Part shown: positions 48,625 to 60,460 of the stretch, piece after piece | Layout: the number at the start of each line of letters is the position of its first letter | Numbering within the stretch: the stretch's first letter is position 1 | From: Squalus acanthias | Lineage: Eukaryota | DNA length: 64,000 nt | Assembly (NCBI GenBank): GCA_030390025.1 | Contig: CM059432.1 | Span: 63,986,001 to 64,050,000, forward strand | Direction of reading: 5' to 3' | Made by a program: the position numbers and the translations under genes | Notes under the pieces: generated by a model | What the model was told of the DNA's origin: nothing | Database searches by the model: none | What the model saw: the letters and a program-made list of their open reading frames with translations, nothing else

Positions 48625-49050
48625 TGCCACATCAATCCATCAGCAGTGCACCAATGCATAGCAGGTGACAGATGCATTGTTTGCCAGGACAAACTCTATC
48701 TTAACTTTCTTCATCCAGCAGCCCTACATTCTTTCTATGTAACATATTTCTTCATTGTAGGTAGCTTGTATGTGGGCAGCTGGAGCCCTACAACAACTGT
48801 CATGGAGTTCCTGAATAGTAAGGACACCAATCCATCAAGGTGACCATATGCACAAAATTATGCACGCAAACTCCTGCTACCCTGAGAGGAGTTATGTTAT
48901 GACAACTTATTATTATTTGAAGGAAGGGGAAGATTGGATGGATAGCTGTTCAGCCGACAAGTGTATCCTCTTCAGCACCGGTTTTAGAGACAACCACAAA
49001 AGTGAACAACAGCATAATGAGGCCCATGAGTCCACCATGATCATAATATA
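48625..49050 (+). pseudogene. Ancient HARBI1-like transposase remnant
   Basis: INPSAVHQCI/QVTDALFART, EFLNSK, DHMHKIMHANSCYPE and ADK, collinear with HARBI1-type QVTDALFAR, NRKG, CDH...VNARYPGS and GDKGY. Confidence 0.65.
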
Positions 49051-50032
49051 AGAATGTTGAAATAGTAGGCTGAAAGAAAGATTTGAATGATTTAAAAATA
49101 TCTATATTTCTTCTCATGACGTGCGTGACACAGACAAGAATGCATTTATTGCCCATCTCTAGTTGTCCAGTGACTTGCTAGGCTGCTTCAGAAGGCATTA
49201 ACAGTTCACCCTGTATGGTGGGACTGGAGTTAGGACAGGGCAGGGATGATGTTCCCTTCCCTGAAGGACATAGGATTACATTACATAGGATATACAGCAC
49301 AGAAACAGGCCATTCGGCCCAACCAGTCCATGCTGGCGTTTATGCTCCACTCGAGCCTCCTCCCGTCTTTCCTCATCTAAATCTATCAGCATAACCCTCT
49401 ATTCCCTTCTCCCTCATATGCTTGTCTAGCCTCCCTTAAATGCATCTATACTATTCGCTTCAACCACTCTCTGTGGTAGCGAGTTCCACATTCTCACCAC
49501 TCTTTGGGTAAAGAAGTTAAATGGCTGTAATCCCCTTCCCACCTCGAGGATGACCGGGTCAGGTACCCACCTCCTGGGAAGATGGCATGGAGGTGGGTTG
49601 GGGGCGCAATGGGTACCCGCCCCTAGATTCTGCCATTTTCCCGGCAGTCCCGCCTCCAAACCCGCCTCCCCAGGGCTGCAAAATCGCCCCCTTTGTGTGG
49701 TCCAACCAAGGTTCGATACAGGTTTAGCATAACTTCCCTACTTTTCAATTCTATACCTCTAGAAATAAACCCTAGTGCTTGGTTTGCTTTTTTATGGCCT
49801 TGCTAGCCTGTGTCGTAACTTTTAATGATTTGTGTATTTGTACTCCTGGATCCCTTTGTTCCTCTACCCCACCTAGACTCGCACCCTCCAAGTGATAAGT
49901 GACCTCCCTATTCTTCCTACCAAAATGTAATACCTCACATTTATCTGTGTTGAACTTCATTTGCCAATTATATGCCCATTCTTCAAGTTTATTAATGTCC
50001 TCCTGTAACTTGTTGCAGTCCTCCTCAGTATT

Positions 50033-50238
50033 CATGATGTGGAGATGCCGGTGTTGGACTGGGGTGGACAAATGTGAGAAGTCGCACAACACCAGGTTAT
50101 AGTCCAACAGCTTTATTTGAAATCACAAGCTTTCGGAGCGCTGCTCTTTCACCTGACGAAGGAGCAGCGCTCCGAAAGCTTGTGATTTCAAATAAAGCTG
50201 TTGGACTATAACCTGGTGTTGTGCGACTTCTCACATTT
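50033..50238. mobile_element. Palindromic Penelope-type insertion with hammerhead, 12-bp TSD
   Basis: CTCCTCAGTATT at 50021-50032 and 50239-50250; long inverted arms. Confidence 0.9.
50149..50185 (+). ncRNA. Minimal type I hammerhead ribozyme motif
   Basis: TCAC-CTGACGA-A-GGAGC AGC GCTCC-GAAAG CTT-GTGA: stem I TCAC/GTGA, stem II GGAGC/GCTCC, palindromic AAGCTT stem III. Confidence 0.75.
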
Positions 50239-50519
50239 CTCCTCAGTATTGACATTAGTGAACCAGTTTATATGATCAAGAGGTTTTTTTGCAGTATAAC
50301 CTCCCATGGTCTGAAAGATCATAGCAGTGTGATACCTGTTGCATAGCTTTCCATACAGTGAGTCATTTCTATGGAGCAGGTGGAAGAGGAGGCTCAGCTA
50401 CAACCGTTCCAAGAGGACACTGAGACTGACGATCCTAGCTGAACTCCAGATACAGACAGAAAGAATCATATGGTGCAAGACACCATCTCTGCCATTGTCC
50501 TCTGCCCTACCACAGATAC

Positions 50520-51360
50520 TTTGTGCTTTGAGGTGCCTGCTGTACATGGTTCATGTCTCTGAGGCATACAGCAGGGCGGGTATCACTGCTGCTCTGTAGA
50601 CCATGAGCTTAGTGCCGGGTTTGAGGTCCTGGTCTTCAAACACTCTCTTCCTCAGGCGACCGAAGGCTGCACTGGCACACTGAAGGCAGTGTTGGACTTC
50701 GTCATCGACGTCTGCCCTTGTTGACAGTAGGCTCCCGAGGTATGGAAAGTGGTCCACGTTGTCCAAGGCCTTGTCGTGGGTTTTGATAATCAGGGGGCAG
50801 TACTGTGTGGCGGGAGCAGGTTGGTAGAGGACCTTTGTCTTATGGATGTTTAATGTAAGACCTATGCTCTCGTTCGCTTCGGTGAAGGTGTTGACGATGG
50901 TTTGGAGTTCGACCTCCGAGTGAGCGCAGATGCAAGCGTCGTCTGCATACTGTAATTCGACGGCAGAGGATGGGACGACCTTGGATCTGGGCTGGTGGCG
51001 ACGGAGGTTGAACAGTTACCCGTTTGTTCTGTAAATTAGCTCCACTCCAGCGGGGAGCTTATTGAGGGTGAGATGGAGCATTGCAGCAAGGAAGATCGAG
51101 AAGAGCGTTGGTGCGATGACACAGCCTTGCTTGACCCCGGTCCGTATGTGAATTGGGTCTGTGGTGGAACCATTGGTCAGGATCACGGCTTGCATGGAGA
51201 GGTACCACCAACGCAAGATCCTGCAAATCCATTGGCAGGATAGGCGCACCAACGTTAGTGTTCTCGCTTAGGTCAACATCCCCAGCATCGAAGCTTTGAC
51301 CACGCATTTTTAATGTGGAAGCAAGTCATCCTCGGTTCCGAGGGACTGCCTAAGAAGAAG
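50520..51360. mobile_element. RTE-clade LINE fragment with 5' inversion, 11-bp TSD
   Basis: ACCACAGATAC at 50509-50519 and 51361-51371. Minus arm: GVKQGCVIAPTLF, QYADD, FPYLGS, LYASET. Plus arm: ERYHQR..KILQIHWQDRRTN, then (AAG)n tail. Confidence 0.9.
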
Positions 51361-51611
51361 ACCACAGATACCATGGATACCCCTCCTTGATTCTGCATTC
51401 TTCTAATCTATCTACTGTTCCTAAAATATCATCCTTGAAATATGTGGCAGAGATTTCCTCTGGTCACTCGGTGTTATGAAATTGTACACATTGCACAGCG
51501 GAAATGTTCACCCTGCAGTGTGATCTTCCGCTTGTAGTGTGATGTCATGAGCTATTTTATTTGGAGAAATGTCTTTGATTTAACATGTCATGTCCATATT
51601 GGGAAAATACC

Positions 51612-51648
51612 AGTTCTGACGAAGGGTCATCGACCTGAAACGTTAACT
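51612..51648 (+). ncRNA. Minimal type I hammerhead ribozyme motif in Penelope-derived repeat (51611-51711)
   Basis: AGTT-CTGACGA-AGGGTC ATC GACCT-GAAAC GTT-AACT; flanked by near-perfect 12-bp TSD TTGGGAAAATAC / TTGGAAAAATAC. Confidence 0.75.
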
Positions 51649-52242
51649 CTGTTTCTCTCTCCACAGATGCTGTCTGACCTGCTGAGTATTTCCAGCATTT
51701 TCTGTTTTTATTTGGAAAAATACTAAATGGTTTCCTTGTGATAGCAATGCTACCTAGATATTTTTGCCTGGGACGATGAGATCCTTCTGCATTACAGGAC
51801 TTAGCTTAAATACTTAGGAATGATTTGTGTATTGTACTTTGCTGGAACTATATTGAATTCTATGACTAACTTATACTATTTTGTCTCCTGCTTGGCTTTC
51901 TTTAATTATTTTGTCCCGATCATTTTCCTTCACTGGTTATTTATTACTATTCATCTGTGTAAAGACCAGAACACACAAGTGTAATGTAAGAATGTTATAT
52001 TAAATTGTAATATCACATCTAGAATTCCTTCTTTCATTATGTGACTTAAGGTCATAAAAAGACAAAGCTGTTTAAATCATTTCGATGCAAAGTTAATTAA
52101 ATACTGCAGCAGTAATTGCATCCCCAGACAAAGGCTGGGATGATTCAAATATGCCTACCAGAGTTTGGTATATTTTCAGTATTTAATGAATAGATTTTGT
52201 TTGTATTAATGTTTGCTTATAACTGATTGATAGTGAAACCTA

Positions 52243-53760
52243 GGCCGGTCGGAAACCCGCTGTCAACCTGCCTCCACACGAGCCTCCCAGGTGTCGGGTC
52301 TGTCAGCGGAGATCTGACCCGACACCAAGCGGCGGGGGAGACAATTCAGCTACTTAAATGGCTTGTTAAGAGCCAATTGAAGAGTATTTTGAGGCTTACT
52401 TTTAATTTTACCTTCTCCCCCCACGGGTTACCCACTGTTCAAGGAACATGCCAGCTCAACCTGGCGTGAGTTGACTCTGCTCTGCTGTTTCTGAAAAGCT
52501 GACAGCTGCAGAAGTGGTGTCAAGGATGCCATGTTGCAGATGGTGAGTTTCAGAGCGCAGAAAATGTTGGTTACTGCATTTTTAATACATATAGAGATTT
52601 CTTTAGCTTACAAGTTTTTAGATCCAACTGTATGTCCAGTGCCACCTCATTGGGAGAACCTCTCTCACCATTGACTGATCGCTTCTGTCATCTCACCTGC
52701 AGCTGCCATCTATTGCAGCAACATCAGAGCCAATGAAACAATCAGACCTTGGTCCTCCGAATCCTTCCGCGATCAGCCCCAACACCAACATCACCAAGCA
52801 CACCAACAGCACCAACAACATCACCAACCTCATCACCAACCTTCTCCGCCATCACCTGATGCTGCACTGGACACAGGGCATCAGCCCCTGACAAAACTGA
52901 TGGCCAGGAGGCCAGCAATGCCATCACCATGGCCAGATTTACTTCACTTGACGCTGTACACCCTGGCTGCCACATGATGCGCCAGGTTGACACCATCCCA
53001 CACCAGCACCGTGAAGCATCCCTTTAATGTCCAAGCCATTCCATGCACACTCATCACTATAGCGGGGAGTGGGGGGGGGAAGTTATGACTGAACAATCAC
53101 TGGAACTCAGTAAGACAATTCTCAAGGTGCACTCAGATCTGTCCAATAAGGGGCACTTTTTGAAAAAGAGATTTCACTGTATGACAACACATTACCAGAA
53201 ACTTCACATGGACATTGGCTAAACTTCTCAAGTGCCTACCCTTGTGTGTTGTTAGTTGGTATGCTTGCAGTAGGATGAGGGTGAGTGTGAGGGGTGGTTA
53301 GTGAGATGGGGAAGTAATAAAGTACATAGAGAGAGTTGGGTGGAGGTGCAAGGTAAGTTGGTGTCCTGGGGAGGTCTCTTCCACCCTTGGAAGGGAAGAG
53401 AACCTCCCTGCGTGCTGTGACTCCTCCATAAGCATATGGAGGGAGTCATTGGAGAGCCTGGGTGCAAGCGTTCACCTTTGTGCAGTGAGTGTCAGTGTTT
53501 GCAGTCCCTCAATGCTGTCAAACACTGACAGAACAACTGTCAAACATGTGGACGTGGTCCCTTTAAAGAAAACCGGCTGATGACGCATCATCAAATGACG
53601 TCATCAGACCCGGTTCCTGTTAATTGGCCAGGAAGCCCGCCTTAACAAGGCCAATCAAGGAAAAATCATGTCTGCAGAGTGGATGCAGCTGGGAGTGGGA
53701 CCGGAACCCAGAAACCAGCTCTCCCGCCCACATCCCGCCTCCTCCATTACATTCGCGGCC
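52243..53760 (-). mobile_element. Non-autonomous Harbinger element, TSD CTA
   Basis: Largely the reverse complement of 8390-10231; GGCC termini; CTA at 52240-52242 and 53761-53763. Confidence 0.88.
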
Positions 53761-53989
53761 CTAGAGTACATTTGTCATGCTCCCACTGGGCATAACTTTT
53801 CACTGATGACTTTTAAGAAGAACAGCTTTTATTCATATCAGAATTTCTTTTCATACCTTTTCTTATCTCCAATATAATATACAGAAAGGTCTATTGAAGG
53901 TTGTCATCTGTATTCAATGTTGTTATGTGAATCTCTAGAACTTAAAAGAAGAAGGGACACAAAAAGCTTTAAAAGTCTTGTGTGATAAT

Positions 53990-54734
53990 GGGCCATAATT
54001 TGCAGCCCCTACAGGTGCGTACGAGGTGTGCACGTGCCCGTAAGGGCCGGACAAGTTCCGGGTTTAGGCATGTGCTGCGCATGCGCTAAAACCCGGAACT
54101 TGTGATCTGTCAAGAATCCACATCCCCGGGAAAAGGGCCTCCGCGGGCAGAGAATTTACCCAATCTCTGCCCAGCGAATGCCCGTGAAATTCTTAGGCCT
54201 AGTAAAAGCAGGCATAAGGCTTGCTTTTACCAGCGTAAGAGTTTTAAAAAACAGAAAAATAAAATTTGATCAATAATTTATGCATTTAAAAACCTGTGAA
54301 ATAAGGTAAGTTTATTTTTAGCCCCTTTAAAACATGTAAATTCATTTTTCAAAAAATTACATTTTTGTTTTAAATATTTAATTAAATGCCATTTTAATTA
54401 ATTTTAAATATGTGATTTTTTTTTTATTTATTTGAAGTGTAGAGGTATTTTTTGGGGTCTTCCCATTCATACATATGGGGTTTCCCTACATATGGAATCC
54501 CCATAAGTATGAATGGGGATTCTCTCCTGTCATTCGTTGGGCCGGCCCACATGATCCCAGGGGCACTCGCGAACCAAGTATGCCCCTGGGATACGTGGGT
54601 CTCTACCCGCAGGTACCCGGAGAGGCCCAGGTCCGCGAGTCTCCGTACCTCCTGGACCACCAGGTAAGTGGGCATTTTATTTGCGGATTGGAGGCATTTC
54701 CCCGCGGGAAGCCTCCAACCGCAAATTCAGGGCC
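53990..54734. mobile_element. Harbinger-type MITE (family of 6554-7248 and 18056-18811, reversed)
   Basis: GGGCCATAATTTGC / GCAAATTCAGGGCC; flanks AAT/AGT. Confidence 0.85.
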
Positions 54735-55049
54735 AGTGTTTTTTTTTAAGGAATTGAAATTTTCTGCCTGCTCTCTTGAACGAAGTGACTCTTGCTGAGG
54801 CCCTGAACCATTGGTGCCAGCGTCCCTCCAATACCCCACCAAAGTGTCTGTTCTTCATGTGGGAACTTGGATAGTGACTGTTAGTAGGCTATTTGACTGT
54901 GAATGGCATCACAGTCAAGCCCATCCTAACCTACTGATGTTCATACATGCACAATTTCCAACAGAATAGTAATCAAGAACAAGAATCCTGGCTGATATTT
55001 CTCCTTCTTGGGTCAGTAGCTGATGTCAATTGTAATTAAGGAAGAAGAA

Positions 55050-56228
55050 AGAACTGAGACTGATGTAGTGCTTTCATATACTCAGGATGTCCCAAAATTC
55101 TGTACAATGAATAGATTTCTTTTGAAGTGCAGTACATCTTTTACATCCACCTGAACAGATAGACAAGGCTTCAGTTTAACACTTCATCTGGGAAAAAGCC
55201 CACCTCTGACAATGCAGCACATCCTCAGTGCTGCGCTGAAGTGTCAGCCTAGATTATACAACAACAACAACAACTTGCACTTATATAGCGGCTCTAATGT
55301 AGTAAAACATCCCAAGGTGCTTCACGGGCGCGTAATCAAACAAAATTTGACACTGAGCCACATAAGGAGGTCAAAGAGGTAGGTTTTAAGGAGCGTCTTA
55401 ATGGAGGAGAGAGAGGTAGAGAGTGAGGGAATTCCAGAGCTTAGGGCCCCGGCAGCTGAAGGCACAGCTGCCAATGGTGGAGCGATTAAAATTGAGAATG
55501 CGCAAAAGGCCAGAATTGGAGGAGCACAGAGATCTCGGAGAGTTGTAGGGCAGCAGAGTTTTGGATGAGCTCAAGTTTATGGAGGGTGGAAGATGGGAGG
55601 CCGGCCAGGAGAGCATTGGAATAGTCAAGTCTAAAGATAACAAAGGCATGGATGAGGGTTTCAGCAGCAGATGAGCTGAGGCGGGGTGGAGTCGGGCGAT
55701 GTTATGGAGATGGACGTAGGCAGTCTTGGTGATGGAGCGGATATGAGATCGGAAGCTTATCTTGGGGTCAAATATGACACCAAGGTTGCGAACGATCTGG
55801 TTCAGCCTCAGACAGTTGCCAGGGAGAGGGATGGAGTCAGTGGCTAGGAAACGGTTTGTGGGGGTGACCGAAGACAATGGCTTCGGTCTTCCCAATATTT
55901 AGTTGGAGGAAATTTCTGCTTATCCAGTTCTGGATGTCGGACAAGTAGTGTGACAAATCAGAGACAATGGAAGGATCGAGAGAGGTAGTGGTGAGTTCGA
56001 ACTTGGTATCATCAGCGTATATGTGGAAACTGATGCTGTGTTTTCCGATGAGGTTGCTGAGGGGCAGCATGTAGATGAGAAATAGGAGGGGGCCAAGGAT
56101 AGATCCTTGGGGGACTCCAGAGGTAATGGTGCAGGAATGGGAAGAGAAGCCATTGCAGGTGATTCTCTGGCTATGTGCTCAAGTCTCTGGAGTGGGGCTT
56201 AAACCTACAACCTCCTGACTCAGAGGCA
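55050..56228 (-). mobile_element. tRNA-derived SINE (55050-55257 and 56173-56228) split by an L2 fragment (55258-56172)
   Basis: L2 part: [34 protein letters not shown] and (TTG)n tail. Flanks join as CCTAGATTAT|GTGCTCAAG with a B-box-like GGTTTAAGCCC on minus. Confidence 0.75.
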
Positions 56229-56981
56229 ACACTTTGTACCCAACGTAGCACCCAATGGAGCACTGTGCAGATGCAAGGCATACCACAAACTGACAGGTCC
56301 TATGTTATCCAAATGCATTCAGCTTCTAAATTCCAAATAGGAAATTACATTAGTAACAGAAGTTTGAGATAAATTTACAGGCTATTTACCAAGTATTCCC
56401 ACTGAAAGAATATAAATAAAGGTAATATTGATAAGAGAAAGACAATTTAGGTGAACAAGATATTAAGAATGTTGTCCCCCCCATGATAGCAGGCAACACA
56501 GAAGTCTAAAGGGAACTGGAAAAAGCTGATGATGAAAGGCAGAAAGTAGGAAACTATGGAGACAGACTCTCATGCCTTCCACATGTGGCAGCTTGCAAGA
56601 AGACCAGCTCAAAAATGTACATCAGATGCACCACACTCCATAGAGACTCCACCTCCTCCTGCTGGATGAGTGTTGGAAGGGTTATAACCAGATAGGCACA
56701 CAATCCATGCATTCAGGCAATACTGGCACATCCAGCCAGAGGCCACGACAGCTATGAGTAGCCTTGCAATTCCTCCAGACCCAGTCCCATGTCTGCTGAA
56801 ACTGCCCCAGTAGTCGCTTCCTGCCTCCAAAGTGTAGGCTAGTTTACCTCTCATCAGTAGCTGCAGGTAGGTACGTCCCCCAGTGGTAGTAATATGCTAC
56901 CCCACTCTGTAAAATATCTCTGGGATATATACTGGTTTGGAATGGTTGCTTTATGGCCTTTGAGAAATACCAGATATATGG

Positions 56982-57438
56982 TAGCAAAATACTGCGGATG
57001 CTGGAAATCCGAAATAACAACAGAAAACGCTGGAAAAACTCAGCAGGCCAGGCAACATCCGTGGAGAGAGAAACAGAGTTAACGTTTCAGGTCGAAACCC
57101 TTCGTCGGAACTGAGAGAAAAGCAAGAAATTAAACAGATAAAAATGCAAGGGGGAGGCTGGGGGGAGGAATACAAGAACAAAAGGGTTGGTCTATGGTAA
57201 GTAGAGACATTAAGAGATGCTCAAGGCAAGACGAGATGGTAATGGGACAGGTTAAGAAACAAAAGCTGAGGTGTGAAAAGCTGGCAGAATGAGACAGCTG
57301 CCGTAGGGGGAGAGAGAGAAATTTTTTTTTTTTTAAAAGGAAAAAGGCACGGACCAAAAGGGGTGGATAAAATGTATATATATGTGGGAGGGGCCGGGGT
57401 TATGATCTGAAATTGTTGAACTCGATATTGAGTCCGGA
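56982..57438 (-). mobile_element. Penelope-like element 3' portion, 8-bp TSD
   Basis: ATATATGG at 56974-56981 and 57439-57446. Minus strand begins SGLNIEFNNFRS*, resembling the C-terminus of a Penelope GIY-YIG ORF, and continues into the hammerhead-bearing repeat (core mutated to CCGACGA). Confidence 0.8.
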
Positions 57439-57685
57439 ATATATGGATCGATTTATGGAGGCCTACTCCAGGTATTTCAGATAGCAACAACCCAATCTGA
57501 TGCCATCACATTGTCCAACAGACTCTGATGCTCCCCCCCCACCCCACCCCCAACCTTAACTGATCACCACCACCAAGACCCCAGGCTTCTACAAGTAACT
57601 CATTCTTTGAAGGGTAAATCATCTAAAGATGCCAAATCATGCCAAAGAAGTAAGTGTATCAATGCATGGTCTTGTAGGTAGTGCA

Positions 57686-59310
57686 TTCATAGAATCATAG
57701 AATTATAGAAATTTACGGCATAGAAGGAGGCCATTCGGCTATTCAGTCTAATCCCACTTTCCAGCTCTTGGTCCATAGCCTTGTAGGTTCTGGCACTTTA
57801 AGTGCATATCCAAGTACTTTTTAAATGTGATGAGCGTTTCTGCCTCTACTACCCTTTCGGGCAGTGAGTTCCAGACCCCCACCACCCTCTGGGTGGAAAA
57901 GTTCTCCTCAATTCCCCTCTAATCTCCTACCAATTACTTTAAATCTATGACCCCTGGTTATTGACCTCTCTGCTAAGGGAAACAGGTCCTTCCTATCCAC
58001 TCTATCTAGGCCCCTCATAATTTCATACACCTCAATTAAGTCTTCCCTCAGCCTCCTCTGCTCCAAAGAAAACAGACCCAGCCTATCCAATCTTTCCTCA
58101 TAGATAAAATCCTCCAGTCCTGGCAACATCCTCGTAAACCTCCTCTGTACCCTTTCTAGTGCAATCACATCTTTCTTGTAACGTGGTGACCAGAACTGTA
58201 CGCAGTACTCTAGCTGTGGCCTAACTAGTGTTTTGTTCATTCAAGCATTAACTCCCTGCTCTTATATTCTATGCCTCAGCTAATAAAGGAAAGTATCTCT
58301 TATGCCCTCTTAACCACCTTATCTACCTGTCCTGCTACCTTCAGAGATCTGTGGATATGCACTCCAAGGTCCCTCTGTTCCTCTACACGTCTCAGTATCC
58401 TACCTTTGATTGTGTATTCCCTTGCCTTGTTAGCCCTCCCCAAATGCATTACCTCACACTTCTCTGGATTGAATTACATTTGCCACTTTTCTGCCCACCT
58501 GACCAATCCATTGATATCTTCCTGCAGTCTACAGCTTTCTTCCTCACTATTAACCACACGGCCAATTTTTGTATCATTTGCAAACTTCTTCATCATGCCC
58601 CCTACATTGAAGTCTAAATCATTGATATATACCAAAAAAAGCAAGGGACCTAGTACTGAGCCCTGTGGAACCCCACTGGAAACAGCCTTCCAGTCACTAA
58701 AACACCCATCAACCATTACCCTTTGCTTCCTGCCACTGAGCCAATTTTGGATCCAACTTGCCACTTTCCCTTGGATCCCATGGGCTTTAACTTTTCTGAC
58801 CAGTCTGCCATGTGGGACCTTGTCAAAAGCCTTACTAAAATCCATGTTGACTACATCAAATGTGTTATCCTCATCGACCCTCCTGGTTACCTCCTCAAAA
58901 AATTCAATCAAGTTAGTCAGACACAACCTCCCCTTAACAAATCCACGCTGACTGTCCTTGATTAATCGTAATTACTCAGTCTATCTCTTTCTCCCTTTTT
59001 AAACAATGGTACAACGTTAGAAGTCCTCCAGTCCTCCGGCACCACACCTGTAGCCAGAGAGTATAGGAAAATGATGGTCAGAGCCTCCGCTATTTCCTCC
59101 CTTGCTTCTCTTAACAGCCTGGGATACATTTCATCTGTGCCTGGTGATTTATCTACTTTCAAAGATGCTAAACCCCTTAACACTTCCTCTGTCACTATGT
59201 TTATCTCATCTACTATTTCACACTCCTCCTCCTTAACTACAATGTCTGCATCGTCCCTCTCTTTTGTGAAGACAGATGCAATGTATTCATTAAGAACCAT
59301 ACCCACGTCT
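57686..59310 (-). mobile_element. CR1 LINE ORF2 RT to 3' end
   Basis: NEYIASVFTKE...CLTNLIEFF...VPQGSVLGP...FAND...YCVQFWSP and tail. Confidence 0.93.
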
Positions 59311-59629
59311 CCGCCTCAACACAAAGCATTAACCTAGCATACAACTGCTGAATGTGGAAGACAATACATGTTTTCATAATATGGGATTTTTAACCTCAAA
59401 GGATAAAAGATTAGGAACAGGCATGAATTATAAAGTGTTAATAGAGGGCAAGGAGTGTCAACTTCAGACAGGATAATAAAAATTATTGCATTACACATAA
59501 GCTTGAAGGCAGTCTGGTTGGGAAGGTGCTTCTCAAAGAATCCCTCCAACTACTACTTCCTCAGAAAAATCCATTTCAATGCGAACTGGAAATCCAGGAA
59601 TAGCCGGCTAAAAATTAAAGTAACATATT

Positions 59630-60460
59630 ACCTGCCGAGATGAGTTGGGGGTGGGACTGCTGCCTTCCGGGTTCTAGTCCCGCCCCCAGTGACATCTGAC
59701 GAATAGACGCTATTTTCCCTTGATTGGCCTTGTTAAGCCCACCCTGCGGGCTTGCCGGCCAATTAAGGGAAAGCCGGTGTCAGATGACGTCAGTGCATGA
59801 CGCTTCATCTGCCGGTTTTCTTAAAGGGACAAGTCCCATAATTTTTTGACAGCTGAATTGTCAGTGTTCGACAGCATTGAGGTGCTGTCAAACACTGACT
59901 ATCACTGTCCAAAGGTGAGCCCTTGCACCCAGGCAAACCAATGACTTTCTCCTTAGGAGAAAACAGATGGCAGCTGCATATGAGATTGCAGAAGCCATCT
60001 GTCAGTTCTCCCGATCAGATGAGGCTTCACAGAAACATATAAACAGAATAAAAATATTTCTCACTACGTTCTCTCACCTATCATACTTACCTGTGCACCA
60101 TTGCACCCATCACACTATCTCTGCAGCTGTCATTTGCACACTTACACTGCAGCAGACCCACAGCTCACTTCGCTGACCCTGGCGGGGTTTCCCGCCGTCA
60201 GGAATACCGCATCAGCAGACGGAAAATGGGAAAAAGCCTCTTCAACTGCCTGTTAACTACCTGTTAACAGGCAGTTAATTGGCTCTAATCCCCTTCCCAC
60301 CGCTAGGAGACAGGTGCCTGCGCGAGTTGGGGACCCGCCTCCCGGGAAGATGGTTCGGAGGCGGGTTGGGAGCAGGGTTTGGACCCGCTCCCAATTTTTC
60401 CCATCTTCCCAGCAGTCCCGCCTCCAAACCCGCCTCCTCAGGGCTGGTAAAATCCAGCCC
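59630..60460. mobile_element. Harbinger-derived MITE; left end unclear
   Basis: Right TIR AAAATCCAGCCC; subterminal regions shared with 8390-8650 and 5501-6457. Confidence 0.75.

Larger units (their letters stand above)
49141..50267 (-). mobile_element. Old SINE (49141-49271 and 50254-50267) split by a CR1 fragment carrying further insertions
   Basis: Minus strand joins GCCTAGCAAGTCACT directly to GGACAACTAGAGATGGGCAATAAATGC, matching head-body and tail of the 43826-47076 LINE. Nested CR1 at 49272-50253 is of the 32447 subfamily; MITE end at 49517-49691. Confidence 0.7.

Noticed and set aside
58271..58951. 226-aa plus-strand ORF
   Set aside because: Antisense shadow frame of CR1 reverse transcriptase.
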